Source: Prorocentrum cordatum (lineage: Eukaryota). From it: a stretch of DNA of 64,000 nt. Shown one piece after another: positions 12,188 to 23,600 of the stretch. The notes beneath the pieces are model-generated. The model was not told where the DNA came from. It worked only from the letters and a program-made list of their open reading frames with translations, and searched no databases. Numbering within the stretch: position 1 is the stretch's first letter; every line of letters starts with the position of its first letter. Location: assembly GCA_963575745.1 (NCBI GenBank), contig CAUYUJ010000070.1, forward strand, positions 1 through 64,000. Direction: 5' to 3'. A program made the position numbers and the translations under genes.

Positions 12188-13975
12188 TTCCCAACCGTCT
12201 CTGTGGTTTGGGTCCTTCGTTTTGTTAAGAGAAACGGTCCACGAGTTCCTTTTCCTCCTTCTCTCGCCCTTCATCCCTCCTGCGTTTCGCATGCCTCCCC
12301 ACCAACCCATTTCGGCACACCCCTCACACGCTTCGTGGCCCCATAGGGAGCTCCACCGAAGGCCCCAGTGGCTGCGTTCGCATGCCTCCCCACCACCCAT
12401 TTCGCCACACCCCTCACACGTTTCGTGGCCCCATAGGGAGCTCCACCGAAGGCCCCAGTGGCTGCGTTCGCATGCCTCCCCACCACCCATTTCGGCACAC
12501 CCCTCACACGTTTCGTGGCCCCATAGGGAGCTCCACCGAAGGCCCCAGTGGCTGCGTTCGCATGCCTCCCCACCACCCATTTCGGCACACCCCTCACACG
12601 TTTCGTGGGCCCATAGGGAGCTCCACCGAAGGCCCCAGTGGCTGCGTTCGCATGCCTCCCAACCACCCATTTCGGCACACCCCTCACACGTTTCGTGGCC
12701 CCATAGGGAGCTCCACCGAAGGCCCCAGTGCTGCGTGCATGCCTCCCCACCCATTTCGCCACCCCTCACACGTTTAGTGGCCCCCTAGGAGCTACACCGA
12801 AGGCCCAGTGGCTGGCGCCCGCAGCCTCCCCAACCACAAATTTCGGCACACCCCTCACACGCTTCGTGGCCCCATAAGGAGCCCCACCGAAGGCCCCAGT
12901 GGCAGGGTCCGCATGCCTCCCCACCACGCATTTCGGCACACCCCTCACACGTTTCGTGGCCCCATAGGGAGCTCCACCGAAGGCCCCAGTGGCAGGGTCC
13001 GCATGCCTCCCCACCACCCATGTCGGCACACCCCACACACGTTTCGTGGCCCCATAGGGAGCTCCACCGAAGGCCCCAGTGGCTGCGTTCGCATGCCTCC
13101 CCACCACCCATGTCGGCACACCCCTCACACGTTTCGTGGCCCCATAGGGAGCTCCACCGAAGGCCCCAGTGGCTGCGCCCGCATGCCTCCACCACCCATT
13201 CTGGCACACCCCTCACACGTTTCGTGGCCCCATAGGGAGCTCCACCGAAGGCCCCAGTGGCTGCGGTCGCATGCCTTCCCACCACCCATTTCGGCACACC
13301 CCTCACACGTTTCGTGGCCCCATAGGGAGCTCCACCGAAGGCCCCAGTGGCAGGGTTCGCATGCCTCCCCACCACCATTTCGGCACACCCCTCACACGTT
13401 TCGTGGCCCCATAGGGAGCTCCACCGAAGGCCCCAGTGGCAGCGTTCGCATGCCTCCCCACCACCCATTTCGGCACACCCCTCACACGTTTCGTGGCCCC
13501 ATAGGGAGCTCCACCGAAGGCCCCAGTGGCTGCGTTCGCATGCCTCCCCACCACCCATTTCGGCACACCCCTCACACGTTTCGTGGCCCCATAGGGAGCT
13601 CCACCGAAGGCCCCAGTGGCAGGGTTCGCATGCCTCCCCACCACCCATCTCGGCACACCCCTCACACGTTTCGTGGCCCCATAGGGAGCTCCACCGAAGG
13701 CCCCAGTGGCAGGGTTCGCATGCCTCCCCACCACCCATGTCGGCACACCCCTCACACGTTTCGTGGCCCCATAGGGACCTCCACCGAAGGCCCCAGTGGC
13801 AGGGTTCGCATGCCTCCCCACCACCCATTTCGGCACTCCCCAACACCCTTTTCGGCACATCCCTCGCACGTTTCGTGGCCCCGTAGGGATCTCCACCGAA
13901 GGTCGGGGGGAGCTTGACACTGGTATCCTTGCGGTACTCGCAGCTGCATATGGTTGGGTCCTTCGCCAGGCTAAT
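12188..13975 (+). mobile_element. Family A element copy 5, joined head-to-tail to copy 4
   Basis: A degenerate head directly follows the copy 4 tail. About 18 monomers, then tail ATGGTTGGGTCCTTCGCCAGGCTAAT. Confidence 0.7.
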
Positions 13976-14093
13976 GTTTGTGGTTTCCCTCCTTGGGAAC
14001 CATCGAACAACCACCAGAAAACTTCAGAAAAAATGACCCAAGAGTTTGGTTTTGTTCAGAAGGTTTCCCGGCGGGGGTTCTGAAATCGTATTG

Positions 14094-15131
14094 TTCCCCA
14101 CATTCTAAGTGGGGTTCTGATTCCCCACATTCTAAGTGGGGTTCCGATTTTCTTTACACCCGCGTCGCACCCGCGTTCACCTCATCTGTCCGCCCCAGGG
14201 TCGCAGGGCGTGGCAGGCGTGGCACTTTCTCGACACCGTGGGGGGTGCGCAGGGGGTGGTCTCTCACCGCGGCCGCTATCCGTGCCGGTCGTCCAGGGCA
14301 CAGCAGGCATGGCATATTCTCGACACCATAGGGGGTGCGCAGGGGGTGGTCTCTCACCGCGGCCGCTATCCGTGACAGTCGCCCAGGGCACAGCAGGCAT
14401 GGCATATTCTCGCCACCATAGGGGGTGCGCAGGGGGTGGTCTCTCACCGCGGCCGCTATCCGTGACGGTCGTCCAGGGCACAGCAGGCATGGCATATTCT
14501 CGACACCATAGGGGGTGCGCAGGGGGTGGTCTCTCACCGCGGCCGCTATCCGTGACGGTCGTCCAGGGCACAGCAGGCATGGCATATTCTCGACACCATA
14601 GGGGGTGCGCAGGGGGTGGTCTCTCACCGCGGCCGCTATCCGTGACGGTCGTCCAGGGCACAGCAGGCATGGCATATTCTCGACACCATAGGGGGTGCGC
14701 AGGGGGTGGTCTCTCACCGCGGCCGCTATCCGTGACAGTCGTCCAGGGCACAGCAGGCATGGCATATTCTTGACAGCGTAGGGGGTGCGCAAGGGGTGGT
14801 CTCTCACCGCGGCCGCTATCCGTGACGGTCGTCCAGGGCACAGCAGGCATGGCATATTCTCGACACCACAGGGGGTGCGCAGGGGGTGGTCTCTCACCGC
14901 GGCTGCTATCCGTGAAGGTCGTCCAGGGCACAGCAGGCATGACATATTGCCGACACCATAAGGGGGTGCGCAGGGGGTGGTCTCTCACCGTGGCCGCTGT
15001 CCATGACGGTCGTCCAGGGCACAACGGTATCGGCGGGGCAACGGCCACCAACATCATTCTCACATGCTTCACTTCAGCTCTCATTTCTCCAGCCATCATA
15101 CAAGTATGTGGGGTTCCTCGGTAGCGTAATT
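14094..15131 (+). mobile_element. HINE-like element family B with an unrelated 90-bp tandem array
   Basis: Head TT-CCCCACATTCTAAGTGGGG (duplicated), about 9 copies of a 90-bp unit (CCAGGGCACAGCAGGCATGGCATATTCTCGACACC...), tail ATGTGGGG-TTCCTCGGTAGCG-TAATT. Confidence 0.65.
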
Positions 15132-15204
15132 CCAGTGCGACATCCCTGGCAGTCCCCACCCTCTCCCCCGCCGCCGGTTCCGCACGCAGACCCCGAGGGT
15201 CGCC

Positions 15205-15335
15205 CTTGTAGTCCGGAGGGGGGGGGGGCCCTTGTAGTCTGGGAGGGTGGGCCCTTGTAGTCCGAGGGGGGGGAGGCCTTGTAGTCTGGATCGAGGGGGG
15301 GCCCTTGTAGTCCGGGGGGGTCCTTGTAGTCCACG
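15205..15335. repeat. Short tandem repeat with a CCTTGTAGTC core
   Basis: Six copies of CCTTGTAGTC separated by G-runs. Confidence 0.85.
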
Positions 15336-15899
15336 GGGGGGGAGGGGCACTGTGATCTTCGCGGGGCGATTGTCGGTCTCGCGCGCGGACATTGGGGGTC
15401 GTGGCCGGCTGCGACCTTCGCGACCTTGGCGTGCGTGTGGTCTGAAAGGGATGTCTCCTCGGCGCGGCGGCGGGCACGCGTCCGCAGGCATGTGTGGCGC
15501 CTCGCGCGGGCCTTCCCCGGCGCGCGAGCTGGCCGGCTGGCGGGCGTCTGCGCACCAGGTCGTCTGCCGGGATGGTCAAGCAGTAGCGAAGCGTCCTGGC
15601 TCGCCTATAGTTACTATAGGCCCACCAAAGAATGTTCTGAGAACCTTTCGTGGCTTGCGCGAACTGTTCTCAGAACATTTCTGGCCGAGCCTGTCTTGTT
15701 TTGGCACATCGGGGCGATGTTCCAAGAACATGGTCGCTGTTCTTGGAACATTTCCGGGCTCTGAGAGATCGTGTCGTGGTGGGCCTCTGGGAATGCCGGG
15801 ACGGTCGGCCCCCACCCGAGGTGGGCTGAGCGCCGCCGCCGAGGTGCCTCGGCGTGCTCGGCCCGAGCTGGCGCCCCGGTCCTGCTGCTGTCGCCGCCC

Positions 15900-17230
15900 C
15901 GGCTCCGCTGCGGCCCGCGCGGCGCCGCCGGCGCCTCCCGCTCGGGCTCCGGGCGCCGTGGGCGCCGGGCACGGTGGGCGGCGGGGGCCTCTCGCCGCCG
16001 CGGGGCACAGCATAGCAGACCTGGGCGGTGGAGACGACATGACGCTCTGGCAGGGCGTCCCGTGGGCCCCAGGCGGCTGCCCGCCGCAGCACCGCCCGCT
16101 GCGAGGCGCACGACGCACGAGCGGCGCTGCTGGACGCGCGGGCGCGGCGCGTTGCCCGCGCAGTGGCAGGGTGGCGCGGCGACCTCGGGCATGTCGGCGC
16201 CAGCGTCGACCGCTGGGCCACCCGCCGCTTGCTCGAGAGTCGAGGAGGTGGCGCCAGACGCGGCCGCATGCGCGCGGTGCTCACTGGGAACGGCGTCGCG
16301 GAGCTTGTGGCCGCGACGTGGGGCTGGCTTGCGCGTTTCCCGCACTGCGGCGCTGCGGTGGAAACCACGGAACACCGTTTCTGGGTTCGCCCCCAAGGCG
16401 CATCGGCTCGCCGCGACAGGCAGGCAACCCTGTTCGCGCGCCTCCCAGCCGGCGTTCCGATGAGTGGAGTTTTGCCGCTGGACGCGCGTCCTGCCGCGCT
16501 GGCAGCGCAGGAGAGGCAGGAACTGTCGCTGGCCCCGCTACTCACCGCCCTCGGCGGCTGGCCCCGGCAAGCTCGGCTGCGGGCCTGGAGCGTCGGCGCC
16601 TCCGAGCCTCCCACACACCTTCTCTTGGCTTGGGCAGGGTGGGGTCTCTGCTGGCGAGGGCCCGACGGCTTGCTGCGGCGCCGCAGCGGGCCCGCGCGCG
16701 TGTCCCAAACCGCGCAACGGGCCGAACTCACTGCGGCGGTGCACGCGGTTAGCGCGGTCGGAGCACCCTTGGATCTGGGTTTTGATTCGCGCTACGCTTG
16801 CCACGGGGTTGCTGCAATGCGCGCCGGCGCATCTCCCGCCGACAGACGCGCGTGGACCTGTGGGAGCTGTTGAGGCCGCACTGCGAGAGCGGCTTCATCG
16901 AGGCGCGCTGAGTCAGTCGTCGCCCCGATGCCGCCGTCACGGCGAGCCGCGGGATCGTGCCCGGGGGCCACGCCCGCTACGAAACCGCCGACGGGTTGGC
17001 GGGCGCCGCCGCGAGCGCTTGTTTGCCCGAGCGCGTGCTGTGCGTCGAGCGGCAATTGCACCTGCGCGCGCTGCGCTCCCTCAGCCCGCTGGTGGCCGTC
17101 GCGGAGTTGGCCGCGCTGCGCGCCAACCGCGAGGGCCTCGGGCTGGCAGGGCTCAGGGTGCGCGGGCGGTGGACGGGCGGCCCACGGCTAGCGCCGGTTG
17201 CGCGGCCTGACAGGCGGCGGGCGCAGCGGC

Positions 17231-17306
<76 letters not shown>

Positions 17307-17620
17307 ACACGCGCAGCAGCCAGCGCCGGCGGCGGACCCGCAACCGCAGCAGCCGCGGCGAGCCCAGCGACCGCGGGCGGTCGGCCATGGTTTGCTTCAG
17401 CGCGGTGCCGCCGAGGCCGCCCGCGCCCTCTTCGGGGACGGCGCGCGGGCGCCGCGCGCGGCGTCGCAGGGCCACGGATGGGTCGCGTGCCTCTGCTGCG
17501 GCAGCGCAGCCCCGCAGTGGCAGGCGCTGGCGGCCCAGCCCCGCCCAGGGTGGGCCAGCGTGTTGCCGCCTCGCGCGGCGGTGCCCGCGGCGCGGGCGGG
17601 GGGGGCCGCGAGGCGGGTTG
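15900..17620 (+). pseudogene. Decayed RNase H-containing retroelement ORF
   Basis: Frameshifted fragments: GGDDMTL (possible RT DD remnant), QTAQRAELTAAVHAV...LGFDSRY and GHARYETADGLAGAAA (RNase H motifs), a CAG polyQ expansion and a C-terminal CLCCG. Confidence 0.6.
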
Positions 17621-17825
17621 CCGTGCGGCGTTGCGCAGGCGGCTGCTGGCGCGGCCAGAGCCGCCGGACCGGGCAAAAATGGCGCAGCCCATGGCCAGCG
17701 TTGCTCCACCTCCTCCTCCTCCTCCTCCGCCCCCTTCCTTTCCCTGCGTTTTCGCAGCGGGGCTCGGCTGCGCCTGCAACAACACAGTGTGTCCAATCGT
17801 GTCCGCTTTCGCAGCTGTGTTCGTG

Positions 17826-17919
17826 TATGTATGTATGTATGTATGTATGGATGGATGTATGTATGTATGTATGTATGTAAATATGTATGTGTGTGTATGT
17901 ATGTATGTATGTATATATG

Positions 17920-17953
<34 letters not shown>

Positions 17954-18005
17954 TGTATGTATGTATGTACGTCTGTATGTATGTATGTATGTATGTATGT
18001 ATATA
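17826..18005. repeat. (TATG)n microsatellite
   Basis: Direct observation. It lies between the 3' ends of two convergent retroelements. Confidence 0.95.
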
Positions 18006-18506
18006 CACAAGGCTGCAGTGGCGCTTCGCGCCATGCACCTCGGTTCCTGAATTTTGGTATGTAGGCGGACTAGCGGGAAGGCCAAGCCGACAAATTAGCG
18101 ATAATTCCTTTTCCGGCATCGCCGCTATGATCATGTTATTTGTTATCTTTCCTCCATGCTTCTTAGTCCTAATGTTTGCAATGCCCATGGAGAAGCTCTC
18201 GAAGGCCATAGTGCACATGTGAGACAAAACTCCGAGAGGAAAGGGAACATGTGCTTGGCCGAGCAGCCGCAGTACTTCAGGAAGAACATCGAATTCATGG
18301 CGATGTAGCGGGTCCCCCCGACGGCGACCCCAGACAGCATACAACATTGTAACCAGGATGGATGTGATGTCCCAAAATCTGGCCAGGCCGAGGCTTGCGG
18401 TCTGTCTGGGGGCCGCCGAGGCGGCCAGGCACCCCTCGGGTAGCCCGAGGGCACACGCAGCCCGAGGGGGCCTAGGTCATGCATACTGTCGGTCTCATAG
18501 AACATG

Positions 18507-19268
18507 CTAGCTGCCGTCGCTGCCACGTGCTCGAGCCTGCTTTGGACGAGGAGGGCGCTCTTCGAGATCGTCCAGCATGGCATCAGCATCTGACTTGGAT
18601 TTGCCCTTTCCCTTCCCCTTGCCCAGCATGCCCTGCACCAGAGGGCCGTCGGAAGATCTCTGATGGGCCATCCCGACGGCATCGAGGCGAAGAGAAGACG
18701 TAGCAATACGATTGAGCATACGCAGAAACTCGAGGTCCGCGAAATTGGACGGCATGAACGTAAATACCCATACGAAATTCTCCTTGGGGTCGGGATGGCG
18801 TGCTGGCTTGAAACGGAAGATCTGCTCATCGAGGTGCTCCATGGAGAGGCTCTTGAGCTTCTCGAGAGGCTTCCTGAGGTCTGAAGGCGAGGGTAACGTA
18901 CTGAGAAATATGGCCACGAACTTGGCGAAAAGAAGAGCACGCTGCGATCCAAACTCATGTGGAGGGAGCTTGGCATTCTTGTCCGTGGTCATGGCGACCT
19001 TGTGAGCGTCCTTACGCTCCTTGTCCTTAGCACGCCAACCTTGGCGAAGATTACGTATCTGGCTCTTTGAAGACTCATCTTTGAAGAATACGGCATAGCA
19101 AATCCTGTCCTGCAACTCATGGATGTCCCGCTCATGGCTGGCTTGCACTCGCTCAAGATTGCGAACTCGTTCCTCAAGGCTCGAGATGGGTGCAGCACGA
19201 GCAGGCCTGCGAGCAGCATCAACAGGCGTAACATTGGCGATGTATGCTTCGGCGGCCTCCAAAACCAT
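18507..19268 (-). CDS. 253-aa ORF of unknown function with a predicted coiled coil, downstream of LINE ORF2
   Basis: ATG-initiated, non-repetitive and protein-like (LEERVRNLERVQASHERDIHELQDR heptads, GKGKGKGK tail). Starts 12 nt after the ORF2 stop, in the same frame. Confidence 0.55.
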   Translation of the reverse strand: MVLEAAEAYIANVTPVDAARRPARAAPISSLEERVRNLERVQASHERDIHELQDRICYAVFFKDESSKSQIRNLRQGWRAKDKERKDAHKVAMTTDKNAKLPPHEFGSQRALLFAKFVAIFLSTLPSPSDLRKPLEKLKSLSMEHLDEQIFRFKPARHPDPKENFVWVFTFMPSNFADLEFLRMLNRIATSSLRLDAVGMAHQRSSDGPLVQGMLGKGKGKGKSKSDADAMLDDLEERPPRPKQARARGSDGS

Positions 19269-19280
19269 ACGAAGAAGAAA

Positions 19281-22200
19281 TCACACCACTGGGAGACCTG
19301 CTTGAACCCTTCTATGGCGACAAACAACAACATGATCAGCACATGCACGTACACTCGGGAATCGATTCTGGCATTGAGGACACATGGCCGTCCAGCTTGA
19401 TCGTTCAGATTCCGTAGCTTTTCGATTTGTCCGATTCATATCGAACTTCAACCAAACTTCATATGGGGCCGATACACAGTTATAACGATGCATTGCATAT
19501 GGTATTTCCAATTTGCAATATGGGCAGACCAATTTCAGAGCACTCTTAGTAGTGGCCGATGTACGTAATGTCCTATCATATCTTTTGAGTTGACGAGGTT
19601 TAGGTGGTCGAATATGTTTGATAGGTCGTGAGGGGTCCGTGTTCAGGGTCATGGAGGACGACTTGTATGTGGCCGACGATTGATGGCTGACCGACATTTG
19701 TTTACCTCGAAGTCGAACTCTTTTCTGGGGAACCGATGCTTGGTTACCACTGATTCGAACTCGTTTCGTTGAGGGAGGTACAGGAGGAGGATCAGCAGCG
19801 GCAGCAGATGGTACGGTGACATCAGGAGGAAGGCGTACTCGCTTTTCTGGTGCACCCAACACCCCTGGAGGAGGTCTCTTGCCTCGGACGCGCCGGCTCG
19901 GGTGGGCGGCGCGCTGCCAAGTGCGAGTGTCTGCCTGCGCCCGCTCTTGCTCTGATAGTGCACGACCTCGGCAAAAACGTTTGTGCGATGATAGCGTCGA
20001 CCTCATCAGGCCGCAGTCGGGGCATGCATGCAACTGCTTGGGCGGTAGAGGGACTCCACGGCAATGTCGCAGATGTGCCTCCAGATTGAATACCTGAGAA
20101 GCGCGGCTGGGACACGTGACATGTCCCGACGCCGTGCGGGTCGCAGCAGCAGCTCGTACTTGTTCGACGTGCGCAGTGCGAGTCGCACTATGCCGCTGTC
20201 GCCACGCATCCGCACCCAGACGCATTTGCAAATCTTTCAGGAAGAGATGCTGAGCCTGTCGCCAACGATGACCACGATCAGGTGAGGTAGAGCCTTGACC
20301 TGCAAACTGCTGCCATTCATTCATCTGCATATGTACTGCCAAACCGGAATATGACATGATTTCCTGCATCCGTGCTCTGAACATGCGAGACTGCGGGGCA
20401 GAGCAAGCTGGACGCGTGGGGTCCAAAAGAAAATGAATTACTGCCTGCTCAAGCCGATCAGGTGGTAGTCTGGCAAGGTGCCCAAGATAACTGCCCTGTC
20501 GGTGTACTATGTAGTATTCGACGTCATGAAGGCCCAGTTCGAGTTTGATATCTGTGGTGGTAGCTCGTCCTTTCATCCATGTAGAACGCCCATCTTGACT
20601 TTGTCGTGGTACAAATATGTGAAGCATCTATTCATGAACAAACGGTATCTGTGATACTCACTCTTGCTAAATTCACGTATTTCACAACCATAGAATAATG
20701 ATGCCAATGCTGTAGCTTCGAAAACGCGGCCCTCTTGACGAAGGCTGAGACCCAGGCGGGGAAGACGTCCTTTTAACATCTGCCAAAGTTTACCAGCAGC
20801 CTGTAGACGACGGCTGGCGTCCTCAGTGGTACCTCCGTTGGAGTCGATGTGACATCCGAAAAATCTGACGGATCGAGCCCAATGTCGATCCTCTGCCGTG
20901 AACGGATACTTCGGTGAGACCACAAGTCGCTCAAACTAATCTGGATGTGCCTTTTGCCCAAGCTCCCGAAGCGCACGAATAATCAGATCCTCAGTGAAAG
21001 GTTGACGGGCCTCCGTGCTCACCGCGGTCGTGTCGTCCGCGAAACCCAACGCTCTCAAGACAGACGGGATGATGTTGGGGTCTCTAGCCTTGCTCGATTT
21101 CCTTCTGCTGGCCGTTGGAGCTGATGGGGTAGTTGATTGGGTCGGTGGGGCAAGTGAAAAAACTTAATACCATCAGGAGCCATTCTAGCCTTTAATCTCC
21201 TCAAAACCAAGTTGTGCAACACATTGAAGATCGCGCAGCTCGAAGGACAGCCTTCTCTGAGACCTCTCCCCAATCTGTACGGACGAGAATCCTCCGTAGG
21301 TAATCTGATCACGTATTCGGTACCGCAATGTAGCCCTCGAAGTCGCGCGAACGTGTCCTGGGGGATGCCGATCTTCTCGAGGATGATCCAGGCCAACTCT
21401 TGAGGAACATTGGGGTATGCCTTCTCTATGTCCGCCAGCGTGAACGTGACCGCGTTCTCGATGTCCTGCTCGGTGGTGGAGGGGTCCAGGGCCGCAGCTT
21501 CCACTACAGCCCTCATAAGTACTGCCGCGTCGATCGTGCGACGGCAGGTACGAAACCCCCACTGTTCGGGTTCGAGGAGGCCTTGGTCCTCGGCCCGAGC
21601 AGAGAGTCTCCGATAACATATCCTGGCAATGATGCGTGACGGTATCGATAGTAAAGATATCTCTCGATATTGTTTCAAGTCCGATTGCAATCCTTTTTTT
21701 TCCAGAGGAGGATGACGGCACTACGATGGATGTCTCTGTCCCAGTTCTCGGGGTTGACGACCCAGAGGTGAGAGATCAGGTTCCAAAGCGCATCGGCACA
21801 TTGAGGGCCTGCCGTGCGCCGCAACCCAATCGCCACTTCGTCATCTCCTCCAGCGGAGTCCTTCATCCCACGAATCGCATCGTCATACTCTGCACGGGTA
21901 AGTGGCGAGCTCAGTACAGGATCGGCGGGACGCTGAGGTTCGCCGGCGACATTCTCCAAAGGTACTATGCTGGGCTCTCCAGCGAGCTTCAAGAAATGAT
22001 CCCTTGCCTGGGCTGCGGTGAAGGGCGTGAAGTTGGAGACGTCGAAGTCGCCGAGCCAGATGCCTAGGTCCCGCAAGTAGCGATATAACCGGCCTAGGTC
22101 GTGAGGCTCCATGGCCTTCTCGCGCGCTGATACGACTGCTGACACTAGTATTCCCCGTTGACGTCGGCGATCTCGACGGTGCTGCTTCTTGGCCAGGCGG

Positions 22201-23600
22201 TGTAGGTCCATAGCAGCCTTGCGGTCCTCGGCTGTGGTAGCACATCGAACTGAATTCCAAGAAACCTGCAAAGCTTTCTTCTGGACGCGCTCCTCCTCTC
22301 GATTCTGAGCCAGCACTGGTATGTCGCCCCTCCGCGTGCGACGACCCACCAGTCCGTCAGCTGCCTCTCGGAGACATCGAGCTAGAGTTGACCGCGTCTG
22401 GCAACCCCTGGTGGAGGATGAGCTTGGTGTCATCGTAGCGGCCAGAGCAGCGTCTGACTCCTCACGGAACCTTTGACGTAGATCCTCGGCCGCTTCACCT
22501 GGCCCGCGCAGCAGGTCGGTGCGAAGCTTGCCCCTAGGACGCAAGGAGGAGTCGAAACCCGATACCCAATGAGTACGCGTCGCTGTAGGAGCTCCCTCCT
22601 GGCGACGTCGATGTTGCTGTCTGAGTTCTGGTGGTGGTCCGTGAAGTCGTCCTGGAAGATTGAGTACCATACTCTTCGCAAAATGATCTCCGTCTGGGAG
22701 TGCATGTGTACGTAGTTCCTGAAAACGTGTGAGGAATGTCTCTGCCTTATTCGTGAACAATCCGTCCAGCTCATAATAATAATTCATAGCTGGATGATGC
22801 CAGGTCGCGCGCCTCTTTGAAGGCAATCTAGAGTCAATATGACGTAAGTCGTTATCTGCAACAAAATCGAGGAGATGGCGAGAATGCTTAGTTGTGTTTT
22901 GCTTCATCTTGAACTTCCCGAAGGCGGGGTGATCTGTGTCCATACCAACATGGCTATTCCAATCTCCTCCAAAAATATGCGTAGAACTCTGAGGTAAACT
23001 GCTAAAATATTCAGACATTTGATCAGAAAGGGCAAGTCGTTCATCCGCATGGTTGCCTGGAGGCCAGTATACAGCGTGCAGGTCGTACCGATGCTGTCGA
23101 TGGTGAAAATGAAGGTGAAGATGGCGTTCACCAGCTCGATGTACTTGAGCAGGTGACGAAATCAAACGTGATATGCGTGGAGACAAAAGAAAGCCGCACC
23201 GTCCAGTCCCTATGAGAGTGAACTCTTCCAGGCAGAAAAATTGTACGCATTCTGATAACATCAGATCGCTGAGAAAGACTACATCCGAATGGTAACGTCT
23301 CGATGCCATGATCAATCCTTGAAGCTTTGACCTAGCACTTGGGCGGGATGGGGTAAGTGTCTGGCAGTTCCATGTCATTAACCTGATTGGACAGGACAGC
23401 CGCGAGGTGCGGCACGCTCGATGAAGCCGACGAGTAGGATGCATTAGTTTGGAGAAAGCCGTCGGGGTCACCCGCCATTGGTGTGTCCCCTCCGACCGCG
23501 GCATGAGGCTGTCTGGGTTTGCGTCGGTGACCTGTCGAACTTTGCCGTGATGGTCGAAAGACACGGGTAGCGGAGGTCCACCTCGAAGCGCACTCTGCAC
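19281..23600 (-). pseudogene. LINE ORF2 (APE endonuclease, reverse transcriptase, C-terminal CCHC fingers), disrupted
   Basis: APE motifs MTWNCQTL, GGDWNSHVG, YELDGLF and GDH. RT motifs YREISLLS, QWGFR, DIEKAYPNVP, GLREGCPSS, FADD (21032-21043), FFGCHI and LFYGCE. Frameshifts near 21690, 21060 and 20600, and an in-frame TAG near 20937. Confidence 0.9.

Noticed and set aside
3540..15020. CRISPR-like appearance of the 89-90 bp arrays
   Set aside because: The variable segments are nearly identical within an array rather than unique spacers. There are no cas genes and the context is eukaryotic.
513..15579. Long ORFs (200-465 aa) in the ORF track
   Set aside because: They are translations of GC-rich tandem repeats, open in several frames on both strands, with periodic peptides.
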